The notes beneath the pieces are model-generated. The model ran no database searches. It was not told the origin of the DNA and was given only the letters and a program-made list of their open reading frames with translations. Positions 24,024 through 32,357 of a stretch of DNA of 43,811 nucleotides are shown piece after piece. Numbering within the stretch: the stretch's first letter is position 1; every line of letters starts with the position of its first letter. Made by a program: the position numbers and the translations under genes. This DNA comes from an uncultured Candidatus Saccharibacteria bacterium (GTDB lineage: Bacteria; Patescibacteriota; Minisyncoccia; Phycocordibacterales; SBAW01): NCBI GenBank assembly GCA_964363205.1, contig CAYIHD010000004.1:1-43811 (forward strand). The letters run 5' to 3'.

Positions 24024-24055
24024 CATATTCGTTAATTCGGCAGAATTAGAGAATA
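24024..24055. repeat. 32-bp repeat copy 1 (exact), downstream of the ParB-like gene
   Basis: CATATTCGTTAATTCGGCAGAATTAGAGAATA, identical to 24435..24466. It contains the inverted repeat TAATTC-GGCA-GAATTA. Confidence 0.95.
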
Positions 24056-24056
24056 A

Positions 24057-24437
24057 TCACCGGGTTATTTCCGGTATACGTGTGCGCGGAATAATCCGTA
24101 CCCGTACCGTTGTGGCACCTTGCATATACAGTTTCATCAGCCGGTGCAGGCCGTCGAGTATCAACCACCGGCCCTTATTTTTCATAACGTCGATAGGATG
24201 ACTTATGTCGGCCGCAAGAGTGCGCGCGTATTCGTTAGGGTGTTTATTCGGCTCATCCATTATCGCCCGGGGTGTTACTACCTTATCCCCCTCCCACAAA
24301 AAGGGAATATCGAAATGCCAGACAAGGTCTTGTAGAGACATTTCTGTAGTTGGTTCATCAAGAAGCCAAACCTTCTGCGGCTCCCAGTCAAAATCAAAGC
24401 CGACTTCTCGGACAATATTCGGTACTTCGTCTTTCAT
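24057..24437 (-). CDS. ParB/Srx-fold (ParB-like nuclease domain) protein
   Basis: 126 aa. GRWLILDGLHRLMKL matches the DGxHR signature of ParB-like N-terminal/sulfiredoxin-fold domains. Confidence 0.6.
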   Translation of the reverse strand: MKDEVPNIVREVGFDFDWEPQKVWLLDEPTTEMSLQDLVWHFDIPFLWEGDKVVTPRAIMDEPNKHPNEYARTLAADISHPIDVMKNKGRWLILDGLHRLMKLYMQGATTVRVRIIPRTRIPEITR

Positions 24438-24466
24438 ATTCGTTAATTCGGCAGAATTAGAGAATA
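24435..24466. repeat. 32-bp repeat copy 2 (exact), covering the ParB-like start codon and the arsR-like 3' end
   Basis: Identical to 24024..24055. The minus strand reads TATTCTCTAATTCTGCCGAATTAACGAATATG, where the ATG is the ParB-like start. Confidence 0.95.
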
Positions 24467-24726
24467 GTAAGAACTGTTTTCAATAAAGCGGAACCGGGTT
24501 TAGCGAGCCGGTACAGAACAGTCGTACTGGTCTGTTCCCTATCGAGTAAGCCGCAGGCGGATAAGATTAGGAGATGTGCGGAGGTGGATTTAAAAGAAAG
24601 TTTTATTTCCTCGGCTATAGAACCTACCGAGGCCGGGCCTTTGTGTTCGAGATAGGTAAGGATTGCAAGCCGACGTCTATTTGCTAGAGCTTTTAGTTGC
24701 GCTTCTGTTTCCCGTATATTTTTCAT
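24457..24726 (-). CDS. ArsR/SmtB-family winged-helix transcriptional regulator
   Basis: 89 aa. LKALANRRRLAILTYLEHKGPASVGSIAEEIKLSFKSTSAHLLILSACGLL is a typical ArsR HTH_5 core. No metal-binding Cys pair is obvious. Confidence 0.8.
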   Translation of the reverse strand: MKNIRETEAQLKALANRRRLAILTYLEHKGPASVGSIAEEIKLSFKSTSAHLLILSACGLLDREQTSTTVLYRLAKPGSALLKTVLTIL

Positions 24727-24760
24727 ATCTTGTTCCTTAATTCGCCCGAATTAAAGAATA
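24724..24760. repeat. Degenerate third copy of the repeat, upstream of the arsR-like gene; carries a perfect 8-2-8 palindrome
   Basis: CATATCTTGTTCCTTAATTCGCCCGAATTAAAGAATA. The palindrome is TTAATTCG-CC-CGAATTAA. It aligns to copies 1 and 2 with a small insertion. Confidence 0.8.
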
Positions 24761-24770
24761 ACATAAGTTA

Positions 24771-25439
24771 TTACAGCCAATTTATAGTAGTCTGGTCTGT
24801 GCTCTTTAAATATTCGTTTGTTTTACTGAAGGGTTTGCTGCCGAAGAAGCCCGATCGGGCGGAAAAGGGCGATGGGTGCGGGGATTCCAGACAGCAATGT
24901 TTTGTGCGGTCGATATGCGCGCCTTTTGCCTTGGCGTAATTGCCCCACAAAATAAATACAACCTGCTCGCGCTTATCGGAGAGCGCTTTAATCGCCGCGT
25001 CGGTAAACTCCTCCCAACCCCTGTTTTGATGCGAGCCGGCGGTGTTGGCGCGCACGGTAAGCGTCGCGTTTAAAAGCAAAACGCCCTGCTTGGCCCACCG
25101 CTCAAGGTCTCCAGTTTTGTTTTTAACCGGCAACCCCAAGTCACTTTCAAGTTCTTTGTAGATGTTTTGCAGAGACGGCGGCAGTGCAACTCCATCCCCT
25201 ACCGCAAAACATAAACCATTGGCCTGACCTGCACCGTGGTAAGGGTCTTGGCCGAGTATTACTACTTTTACTTTATCGAACGGACAAAGGTCGAAAGCCC
25301 TAAAAATATTCTTTGGCGGCGGATACACCGCGCCCTTTTTGTACTCATCCTTAACAAAAGCGGTCAGAGTGGCAAAGTACTCCTTGCCAAACTCCTCCTC
25401 CAAAATCTTCTTCCACGTCGGTTCAATTTTTACTTCCAT
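24771..25439 (-). CDS. ung: Uracil-DNA glycosylase, family 1
   Basis: 222 aa with VVILGQDPYHGAGQANGLCF (the GQDPYH motif) and HPSPFSA (the HPSPLS-like motif). Confidence 0.92.
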   Translation of the reverse strand: MEVKIEPTWKKILEEEFGKEYFATLTAFVKDEYKKGAVYPPPKNIFRAFDLCPFDKVKVVILGQDPYHGAGQANGLCFAVGDGVALPPSLQNIYKELESDLGLPVKNKTGDLERWAKQGVLLLNATLTVRANTAGSHQNRGWEEFTDAAIKALSDKREQVVFILWGNYAKAKGAHIDRTKHCCLESPHPSPFSARSGFFGSKPFSKTNEYLKSTDQTTINWL

Positions 25440-25442
25440 ACA

Positions 25443-25718
25443 TTAGCGACGGTAAGCTTCCTCGAGCAGGAGTTCGATTTTGCGGCTGGGGCCGCCGCGG
25501 TTGTAGTTGCCTATCCGCCCGTCGCTGTACACTACGCGGTGGCACGGAATTGTTTCATCATAGTTGTGCGCCATCAGTGCCCCCACAGCGCGCGCTGCGC
25601 CCGGGTTGCCGGCGCGAGCCGCCACCTGCTTGTAGGTCATTGTTTTGCCGCGCGGAATTTTAGCGACTACTGCGTACACTTTCTCACTAAAAGAGCGGCT
25701 TCGTTTTACCCTTTTCAT
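25443..25718 (-). CDS. Methylated-DNA--protein-cysteine methyltransferase domain protein (MGMT/Ogt C-terminal domain only)
   Basis: PCHRVV active-site motif with TYKQVAARAGNPGAARAVG upstream. I chose the ATG at 25718 (MKRVKRS); the track start at 25796 overlaps the upstream gene more extensively. Confidence 0.8.
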   Translation of the reverse strand: MKRVKRSRSFSEKVYAVVAKIPRGKTMTYKQVAARAGNPGAARAVGALMAHNYDETIPCHRVVYSDGRIGNYNRGGPSRKIELLLEEAYRR

Positions 25719-26472
25719 ACTTTTGTAATACCGCCCCGACCGCTTGCCGGTAACGGCAATAATCGCAGTCGGCGCCGGCGGTTGGTAGCGTATCACTGTC
25801 CAAGCACGCTTTCAAATCAAGTAGCGCGCCCTCTACCCAGTCGGTCGAGCCGGTGTACGGCACCAACGTAACCTCAAACTCGAGCTTAGCGTCAAATGCT
25901 TTGCGGTCTTTGCTCGCGTTGGCGTACACCCAATAGCCGGTGTCGGAAACCTTAAACCCGTTTTGGCGGAAAAGCCACTGATAAATTTCGAGCTGGCGCT
26001 TGTAGCCGCGGTGCCACTCTTCGTCTAAAGATTCTATCTTGCCGTTTTTGCTCGTCGCTTTGTAGTCGACAATGATAAGTTTGCCGTCTTTGTCCACCCA
26101 CACGTCGTCCACGCCGCCGCGCACAGTGAGGCCCGTCGGCTTGTGCACGCACTGGATGCCGCGCCGGAGCGCGTCGCGCCACTCGTCCATGCGCGGGTCG
26201 TCAAACGGTACCGCATCGACGCCATAGGCGGCCGCCAACGGATGCTGTGTGCCGTTGGCGCGATGCGTGTCAAACTCTTTTTTAAGCAGTTCGTCGACGG
26301 CGGAGTTCAGGTTAAAGGGATATCCCGGCGGGCGCGCCACGCCGAGCTTGTTATCGATATAAAAACAGCGCGCGCATTCTAAAAACAAATCTATCTTGGA
26401 GCGCGATAGGCGCCACTTGGGGCCGCCAAAGTTGTAGTCGGGCTTGCGGTTCGGTTTATAAAACTGGCTCAT
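25687..26472 (-). CDS. PD-(D/E)XK nuclease, Cas4/RecB-like with Cys cluster
   Basis: 261 aa. It has an N-terminal CARCFY, GGVDDVWV...LIIVDYKAT (the D...D/ExK motif), QLEIYQ and a C-terminal CDYCRYR. This is the Cas4-like 4-Cys arrangement. Confidence 0.75.
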   Translation of the reverse strand: MSQFYKPNRKPDYNFGGPKWRLSRSKIDLFLECARCFYIDNKLGVARPPGYPFNLNSAVDELLKKEFDTHRANGTQHPLAAAYGVDAVPFDDPRMDEWRDALRRGIQCVHKPTGLTVRGGVDDVWVDKDGKLIIVDYKATSKNGKIESLDEEWHRGYKRQLEIYQWLFRQNGFKVSDTGYWVYANASKDRKAFDAKLEFEVTLVPYTGSTDWVEGALLDLKACLDSDTLPTAGADCDYCRYRQAVGAVLQKYEKGKTKPLF

Positions 26473-26491
26473 GCATGCCAGTCTACCATTT

Positions 26492-26941
26492 TTATTCCTC
26501 GTGTTTTACTCCGTACCGCTCGTTCATTTTGCGCTCAAGCCTTGCAAACACCAAAAAGACAACAAGGCCTATGACTACCGAGCTTATGGCCACCTCGTAG
26601 AGTCCGAAGCCGGCCGCCATGCCTATGCCCGCCGCCACCCATATGCCCGACGCGGTGGTCAGCTCCGGATGCTCGCCGCGCATGGCGGAGAGGCCGGCGC
26701 CTATAAACCCTATTCCGATTACGATAGAGCCAGCTATCTGCAGAGGGTTGACGCCCGAGAACATCGCCATCTGAAAGCTGGAGAGGACTCCGATGACGAC
26801 GAACAAACAAGAACCCAGGCTGACCATCGCGTAGGTGCGCATGCCGGCGTGCTTGCCCGCCAACGAGCGCTCCAAACCGAGCGCCGAGCCGAGTATCGCG
26901 GCAACCGCCAAGCGCAGGATAAACTCACTCTCTAATCCCAT
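26492..26941 (-). CDS. mgtC: MgtC/SapB-family membrane protein
   Basis: 149 aa. RLAVAAILGSALGLERSLAGKHAGMRTYAMVSLGS is a typical MgtC N-terminal membrane domain. Confidence 0.85.
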   Translation of the reverse strand: MGLESEFILRLAVAAILGSALGLERSLAGKHAGMRTYAMVSLGSCLFVVIGVLSSFQMAMFSGVNPLQIAGSIVIGIGFIGAGLSAMRGEHPELTTASGIWVAAGIGMAAGFGLYEVAISSVVIGLVVFLVFARLERKMNERYGVKHEE

Positions 26942-26962
26942 GTTGCAATAATACCCTACTTT

Positions 26963-27574
26963 CTACTTGACCTCGAAGGTTACCCACTGCGGCTCGCCGT
27001 CTACGGTGACAAACTGGTCGTCTTTAAGAGAGAACCGGCGGTCTCCGTTGTCCACCTGCTGTGCAATCAAGTACGATTTGCCCGGAGATGTTCCCCGGAG
27101 CAGTTCCACCGTGCCCGACTGAGATTCCGGAAAAAAGAGCGCCGCTCCGAGCGCGTTGCCCGGCTCGCCGTTGTTGCTTTCGTACACGACTATCCAGGTC
27201 GGGACAGAGACCGCCGCTTTTGCGACCGCGACAGAGTTCCCGGCGGCCTGCGGACTCGCGATAGTCAACCCCGTGTCGGAGCCGAGTACCGGAGCGGATG
27301 AGGCGTCAACGCCGAGGTTTTTATCCTCCGGCGCTGATGATGTGCTTGCGGGCGCAGCGTTAAACGCCGACCATCCCCACGCGATAATAACGCCGGCGAT
27401 AATACCGAGCGCTATCATAACCGCGTATCTTTTTGCGGAACTTTGCGCGGGCGCCACGATTGTTATCGGCGGCGGCTTAGGAGCGGCAAACTGCTTGTTG
27501 GCGGGCGGCGGGCTTTGCGCCGGAGTCGACCATGAAAGCCCTCCCTGCTTATGTTCGTTCTTCGAGTCTTGCAT
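26963..27574 (-). CDS. Membrane-anchored hypothetical protein
   Basis: 203 aa: a Pro-rich N-terminus, one TM helix (YAVMIALGIIAGVIIAWGW) and a beta-rich C-terminal domain. Confidence 0.7.
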   Translation of the reverse strand: MQDSKNEHKQGGLSWSTPAQSPPPANKQFAAPKPPPITIVAPAQSSAKRYAVMIALGIIAGVIIAWGWSAFNAAPASTSSAPEDKNLGVDASSAPVLGSDTGLTIASPQAAGNSVAVAKAAVSVPTWIVVYESNNGEPGNALGAALFFPESQSGTVELLRGTSPGKSYLIAQQVDNGDRRFSLKDDQFVTVDGEPQWVTFEVK

Positions 27575-27625
27575 ACGGTTCTACGGTATTAAAATGCTTT
27601 TTATAAAATGGCTGTTCCCTAGCCA

Positions 27626-28468
27626 CTATTCTATATGTTGCCCCGGTATGCACAAGGCTCCCGCTTCTTCCAGCACATGATCGGCCTTTTGTCCCGTGAC
27701 GCCCGCCAAGGCGAGTCCGCGCGTGTCCGCGCTTACCGCGTTGCAAAGCACTATCTTTTGGCTAAGCAGAGCCATCTTTTCTCTCCTAGTAATAGTAGTG
27801 AGCGCGGTTATGGGGTACAGGCCGGCTTTATCGATGCGGTCATGCAGGGTGTGCCCGGACGGCTCCTCCCAGCTCAAAATATCGACACCGGCGCAGGAGG
27901 CATACTGCGCTGCGAGGCTTGTAAACTTGGTGTTTGTAACCACCAATCCGCGCATGGGTTCAGTAATGCCGTTGTTTTTCCGCGCCGCCGCGATATCGTC
28001 GAGCCGCGCTTTGACATACAGCACTGTTTTTAAATCAGTTTTAAATCCGGCCGCGTTATGGAACTTGGCTTCGATAAAAGTAGTGACGCCGCCCTGCTCC
28101 ACGACGACATCCACCTCGTGCTCGACGCACGCGCCGGCGATTATCTGGTTGATTTTTGTCTGCGCGCCCTCGGCGCGGAACAACTCAGAAATATACGACT
28201 CAAACGGAAAGCCCGACGGGCCGAACTCGAGTATCGCGCGCTTGAGGCTGTAGCGCGCCGCCGCGCCTCGCCGCGCCTCGCGCAACTTGACAAAAGCGCG
28301 CCGGTAAATTTCTTGCGTGGTTATGCCGTTATACAGATTGGCTTCTATATCACGGCTGACGGTGCGCGCAAGCGACTGCTCCGCGCCGGCGCGCATCAGA
28401 GACGCAACGAGCTTTTCCGGATTAAACGGCTCTTGCTCGCCGTCAGCTTTTGCGACTAGTATCGCCAT
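27626..28468 (-). CDS. ATP-cone domain fused to a restriction-endonuclease-like (PD-(D/E)XK) domain
   Basis: Taking the ATG at 28468, the protein starts MAILVAKADGEQEPFNPEKLVASLMRAG (ATP-cone). Then EHEVDVVVEQGG...FIEAKFH fits an E/D...ExK nuclease core. Confidence 0.7.
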   Translation of the reverse strand: MAILVAKADGEQEPFNPEKLVASLMRAGAEQSLARTVSRDIEANLYNGITTQEIYRRAFVKLREARRGAAARYSLKRAILEFGPSGFPFESYISELFRAEGAQTKINQIIAGACVEHEVDVVVEQGGVTTFIEAKFHNAAGFKTDLKTVLYVKARLDDIAAARKNNGITEPMRGLVVTNTKFTSLAAQYASCAGVDILSWEEPSGHTLHDRIDKAGLYPITALTTITRREKMALLSQKIVLCNAVSADTRGLALAGVTGQKADHVLEEAGALCIPGQHIE

Positions 28469-29612
28469 ATCTTGCTTGTAGTATAACACCGCCGCCGATA
28501 CATCGTGTCCCGATGTACAGAACAAGTGACTGTCCTTCCGGCACAAAGTGCGGCTCTTTTAAAATGACGCGTTCGCCGACAAGTTCCGCGGGAATTAATT
28601 TTTGTCTATACCGGTAGCGCGCCAAGTACTCTCCGTCTTTGTGCTCCCCTATCCAATTTGTTTCGCTTAACTCCACCACCGTCTCGCGCGCATCTGTGGG
28701 AAATTTATTTACAGAGACGGTGATAGTGTTGCGCGTAACATCCTTTGCGATAACAAAATGCGGCCGCGTATCCGGCTTTTGTAATGACAGTTCAAACCCG
28801 TGGCGCTGGCCCAGCGTGTACGCCTGCGCGCCTTCGTGCCGGCCTATCACTACTCCGCTCTCGTCCATGACATCGCCGGGTATGAGCTTTAATTCGCGGT
28901 GCAACATTTCGTCGATAGACACCGGACCCAAAAAACACAAACCCTGACTGTCTTTGCGTTCGGCGTTCGGCAGGCCGAATTTTTTGGCAAGCGCGCGCAC
29001 CTCCGGTTTTTTTAAATGGCCGATTGGAAACAGTGTCTTACGCAGCTTTTCTTCCGGCACCGCCCACAGGAAATAGGATTGATCTTTGTTTTCATCGGCA
29101 CCGGCGTGGAGAAAAACCGGGCTAGAAAAATAGTCTGGTTGAGGCGAAGCCGACCCGAGGACTTTTTTCTGGGCCGGTTTTTCTGAAACTGTCTGTGCAT
29201 AATGTCCTGTCGCGACAAAGTCCGCACCACGCTCCATGCACCAGTCAAAAAACAGGCCGAATTTAATTTCGCGGTTGCACAGCGCGTCGGGGTTTGGCGT
29301 GCGGCCACGGTCAAACTCGGCGATTGAAAACTCAAAAACTCTTTTTATATACGCTTCCGACAAATCGACCGACAAAAACGGGATACGCAGATGCGCCGCG
29401 ACGCGCATGGCGTCGAGCTTGTCCTCGCCGGCAGTGCATGGATAGCCTGGGAGCGCGATGCGTATAAAGACACCCGTCACATCGTACCCTTGGTTTTGTA
29501 ACAAAGCCGCCGAAACAGCCGAGTCCACCCCGCCGGAAAGCCCGACAAAAACCCTGCTCCTAGTCGAGATATTTCTTTTTGTTTGCCAAATGCTGTGCAT
29601 AGGTGACAGCAT
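28443..29612 (-). CDS. mnmA: tRNA-specific 2-thiouridylase MnmA
   Basis: VFVGLSGGVDSAVSAALL (PP-loop SGGxDS), NPDALCNREIKFG and CFLG. The exact start is uncertain: 29612 or 29600, and both overlap the mltG 3' end. Confidence 0.9.
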   Translation of the reverse strand: MLSPMHSIWQTKRNISTRSRVFVGLSGGVDSAVSAALLQNQGYDVTGVFIRIALPGYPCTAGEDKLDAMRVAAHLRIPFLSVDLSEAYIKRVFEFSIAEFDRGRTPNPDALCNREIKFGLFFDWCMERGADFVATGHYAQTVSEKPAQKKVLGSASPQPDYFSSPVFLHAGADENKDQSYFLWAVPEEKLRKTLFPIGHLKKPEVRALAKKFGLPNAERKDSQGLCFLGPVSIDEMLHRELKLIPGDVMDESGVVIGRHEGAQAYTLGQRHGFELSLQKPDTRPHFVIAKDVTRNTITVSVNKFPTDARETVVELSETNWIGEHKDGEYLARYRYRQKLIPAELVGERVILKEPHFVPEGQSLVLYIGTRCIGGGVILQARYGDTSRKS

Positions 29613-30573
29613 AATGGAAGTTGCCCGATTTGTCAGAGAGAAAGTACACGTACTTGCTTTTTATCGGCGTGGCGGCGGCAAGGATAGAGTCGATGCCCGG
29701 GTTGTTGATGGGCCCCGGCGGAAGGCCTTTGTATTTGTACGTATTGTACGGCGAATCGGTTTTAAGGTCGTCGAGAGTCAGTTGGAAAGTATTTTTGCCC
29801 AAAATATACGGGAACACGGCATCCACCTGCAGAGGCATGCCCACTTTTATGCGCTGCCAAAGTACGCCGGCTATCTCCCGGCGGTCTTTTGTTTTTGACG
29901 CCTCCTTTTCCAATATCGACGCCATGGTCAGCAGTTCCGCGAGCGTATGGCCGGAAGCCGTAATCTCTTTTTGGATTTTATTTATCTTATTATGGAAGGT
30001 GTTGTCAAAGACGCTCAAAATCGCCTCGGTTGACTCCCCGGGGCGGAAAAAGTAGGTATCGGGGAACATATACCCCTCCTGCGCGCGGCTGACAAACTCG
30101 CGGCTGTCAAACTCGGGGATTTTCTCCAATAGTATTTTGGTAATTCCGTTTACCGTAGTGCCTTCCGGTATGGTGACGCGTATGGCGCTTGTTTCAAAGT
30201 CGCCCGCGATGAGCCGCATCGCCACCCATAGCATGTTTTCCTCGCGGGAAAAAAAGTAATATCCGGCTTTAATATTTTTGTTGCCGCCCAATACTCTGGT
30301 GACTATCTCGAATACGCGCGCGTCATTGACCACGCCGCGACTCTCAAAAACGCCCGCCACCGCGCGCACAGACGCGCCGTTTTTAACCTCCACATACGCT
30401 CCGTTCGGATATCCGGCAGGCGCGGAAAACAGGATGACAAAAATCAAATACACGACGCCGGACCACGCGACGGCATTGATAACAATCTTCTCGAATATGT
30501 CGCGCTTAAGATACCACCCCGCAATACCATGGTATTGCTTGTGGAAGGTCGGAAAATGTCTGAGCCAATCCAT
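29560..30573 (-). CDS. mltG: Endolytic murein transglycosylase MltG (YceG-like)
   Basis: 337 aa with an N-terminal TM helix, YFFRPGES, MASILEKEA and YNTYKYKGLPPGPINNPG. These are YceG family hallmarks. Confidence 0.88.
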   Translation of the reverse strand: MDWLRHFPTFHKQYHGIAGWYLKRDIFEKIVINAVAWSGVVYLIFVILFSAPAGYPNGAYVEVKNGASVRAVAGVFESRGVVNDARVFEIVTRVLGGNKNIKAGYYFFSREENMLWVAMRLIAGDFETSAIRVTIPEGTTVNGITKILLEKIPEFDSREFVSRAQEGYMFPDTYFFRPGESTEAILSVFDNTFHNKINKIQKEITASGHTLAELLTMASILEKEASKTKDRREIAGVLWQRIKVGMPLQVDAVFPYILGKNTFQLTLDDLKTDSPYNTYKYKGLPPGPINNPGIDSILAAATPIKSKYVYFLSDKSGNFHYAVTYAQHLANKKKYLD

Positions 30574-30577
30574 GTGC

Positions 30578-31933
30578 TTATACCGGAAGGTTGCTCGGCG
30601 CGGGCGCGCGGCGGCTCGGCACGCGCTGGAGCGCCGGCGTTTTGACCGACGAGTCGGGGAAGTGCCATAAGGTCGCCAGCTCCTCGGTGGTCATGCATAC
30701 CGGCTTTTGGTCGTATGGGACATAAAAGTACGCCCGGTGCTTATACCAAAAGAACATCTTTTTGCTTATCATGGTCGACCGGATATCGCCAAAATCCTGC
30801 CACGGGTAGTCAAAGATAGACTTGCCTCTTGTCACTTGGAGCCGGTTGCTGGTCTCGCTGCGGAACGGGCTCCACAGGAGCACCAGGTTGTTGACGCGCG
30901 TCAGGTCGAACTTGGCTGTTTTTTTGACGATATACATGGCGCGGAATCCGCAATCGAACACCTGCTTGCTGAGCGAATGCTCTATGAGCTCAACGCGGTC
31001 GCGCTCGCCCTTGTTCATCAGCATGCCGGCGCGTTCGGCGGCGCGCTGTTGCGCGTCTTCGTCTTTGATAAAAGCCTGCGAGCGCTCTATCGCGCCTTTT
31101 GTAATTTCTTTAATCTTTTCCTTGGCGTCATCCTTCCAGTGGTCGCCGGTATAAAATCCGTACCACTCGTCTTTTTTGCGCGCCTTCATCACTATTTGTA
31201 TCCACAGATATTCGTCCGCCTTAACCGTGGAAAGAAGCTCAAAAAAGTTCGTAAGCGGGTCGACCGTGACCTCCGGCGTGTCGGTATCTTTGTCCAGAGC
31301 ATAGTCCAGATAGGTTTTAATGGGGAGCGCCTCGGCCTCGGCCTTTTCGTATTCGGTCCCCCACAGGTCGTAGGTCTCGGGGTCGTACGGGACCTCGTCT
31401 ACATAATCTTTGGACACCTCGGAAATCTTTGCCTCGGGGAACTGTCCGTACAGCCGCGCCTCGACGGTCTCCTTCCACGCTTTGCGCAAGTGGATATAAA
31501 AACCGATCCGGCCCTCGTTGCTGACCAGCTCCAGCGTCGTGATGCCGCGATACTGCCCCTTCCATATGCGCTGGAGGAACGTCGTCTCGCCGCCGCTGTT
31601 CCACAAGCCGGTTAAAAAAACTTCCATCGCCAGCGGCGACTTGGTGACCTCGGCGGGCAGCTCGATATGCAGGAGAGTCATCGGCGTGCTAAACCAAAAC
31701 GCGTAGCGTATATGGTGCATCCATATCTTCCAAAAAATAACAAAGAGCGTCACCGGGAGCCACAGCGGCGATAGCGCGACCAGCATAGTGCCGGCCTTGA
31801 GTACGGCGCCGGTATCCGCGGCGAGCGCCGTCAGAATAAAAGCAAACATGCCGGCGGCGGCCACTAACAGCGTTTCTATATGCCAGCCGTCCAGCCAGCG
31901 GTTTGCGCCGTGCGCGGTATCATGCAGGAACAT
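30578..31933 (-). CDS. Membrane protein of unknown function
   Basis: About 451 aa from the ATG at 31933 (MFLHDTAHG). The track start at 32008 is a TTG that would overlap the divergent gene. About 3 TM helices are followed by a soluble domain (LAMEVFLTGLWNSGGETTF...RIGFYIHLRKAW). A TACAAT box lies 7 nt upstream of the ATG. Confidence 0.75.
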   Translation of the reverse strand: MFLHDTAHGANRWLDGWHIETLLVAAAGMFAFILTALAADTGAVLKAGTMLVALSPLWLPVTLFVIFWKIWMHHIRYAFWFSTPMTLLHIELPAEVTKSPLAMEVFLTGLWNSGGETTFLQRIWKGQYRGITTLELVSNEGRIGFYIHLRKAWKETVEARLYGQFPEAKISEVSKDYVDEVPYDPETYDLWGTEYEKAEAEALPIKTYLDYALDKDTDTPEVTVDPLTNFFELLSTVKADEYLWIQIVMKARKKDEWYGFYTGDHWKDDAKEKIKEITKGAIERSQAFIKDEDAQQRAAERAGMLMNKGERDRVELIEHSLSKQVFDCGFRAMYIVKKTAKFDLTRVNNLVLLWSPFRSETSNRLQVTRGKSIFDYPWQDFGDIRSTMISKKMFFWYKHRAYFYVPYDQKPVCMTTEELATLWHFPDSSVKTPALQRVPSRRAPAPSNLPV

Positions 31934-31978
31934 ACTCTGTATTGTACGATATAATATACTCACCGCACCAGTTATCCT

Positions 31979-32329
31979 ATGGAAAACGTAGTCCTTACCC
32001 TTGTACAAAATCCTGTTTTATATATCGGATACTTTTTAAGCGCCGTGGGCGCGGTCGGGGCGCTGTTGTTTTTTGCCGGATTTTTTGGCGGGATAGGACA
32101 CCTGTTTTCTTACAGCGAAGATGCCGACCACATGGAACACGCGCGCACCCGCGCAATCTGGGGAATTTATCTGTGCATGTTGGCGCTCGGCATTTGGGAG
32201 TGCATCCGCATCGTGTTGGGCGAAGTGCCGGTCTCCTCCACTCTTATACTGGTGGCCATACTCCTCTCTCCCGTCTGGATACCGTTCCTCAAAGGTCTCC
32301 TGCTGGGCAAACCAACCAACGGCCACTAG
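31979..32329 (+). CDS. Small polytopic membrane protein
   Basis: 116 aa with three hydrophobic helices (YIGYFLSAVGAVGALLFFAGFFGGI; AIWGIYLCMLALGIW; LILVAILLSPVWIPFL). A TATAAT box (31950..31955) lies upstream and a terminator follows immediately. Confidence 0.6.
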   Translation: MENVVLTLVQNPVLYIGYFLSAVGAVGALLFFAGFFGGIGHLFSYSEDADHMEHARTRAIWGIYLCMLALGIWECIRIVLGEVPVSSTLILVAILLSPVWIPFLKGLLLGKPTNGH

Positions 32330-32330
32330 T

Positions 32331-32357
32331 AAAAAACGCCCCGAGGGGCGTTTTTTA
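32331..32357. terminator. Bidirectional intrinsic terminator
   Basis: AAAAAACGCCCC-GAG-GGGGCGTTTTTT is a perfect symmetric stem with a U-tract on both strands. It sits between convergent genes. Confidence 0.9.

Noticed and set aside
24024-24760. Possible CRISPR array, given identical 32-bp repeats.
   Set aside because: There are only two exact copies plus one degenerate copy. The 'spacers' are 379 and about 257 bp and consist of intact protein-coding genes. No cas genes or leader are present.
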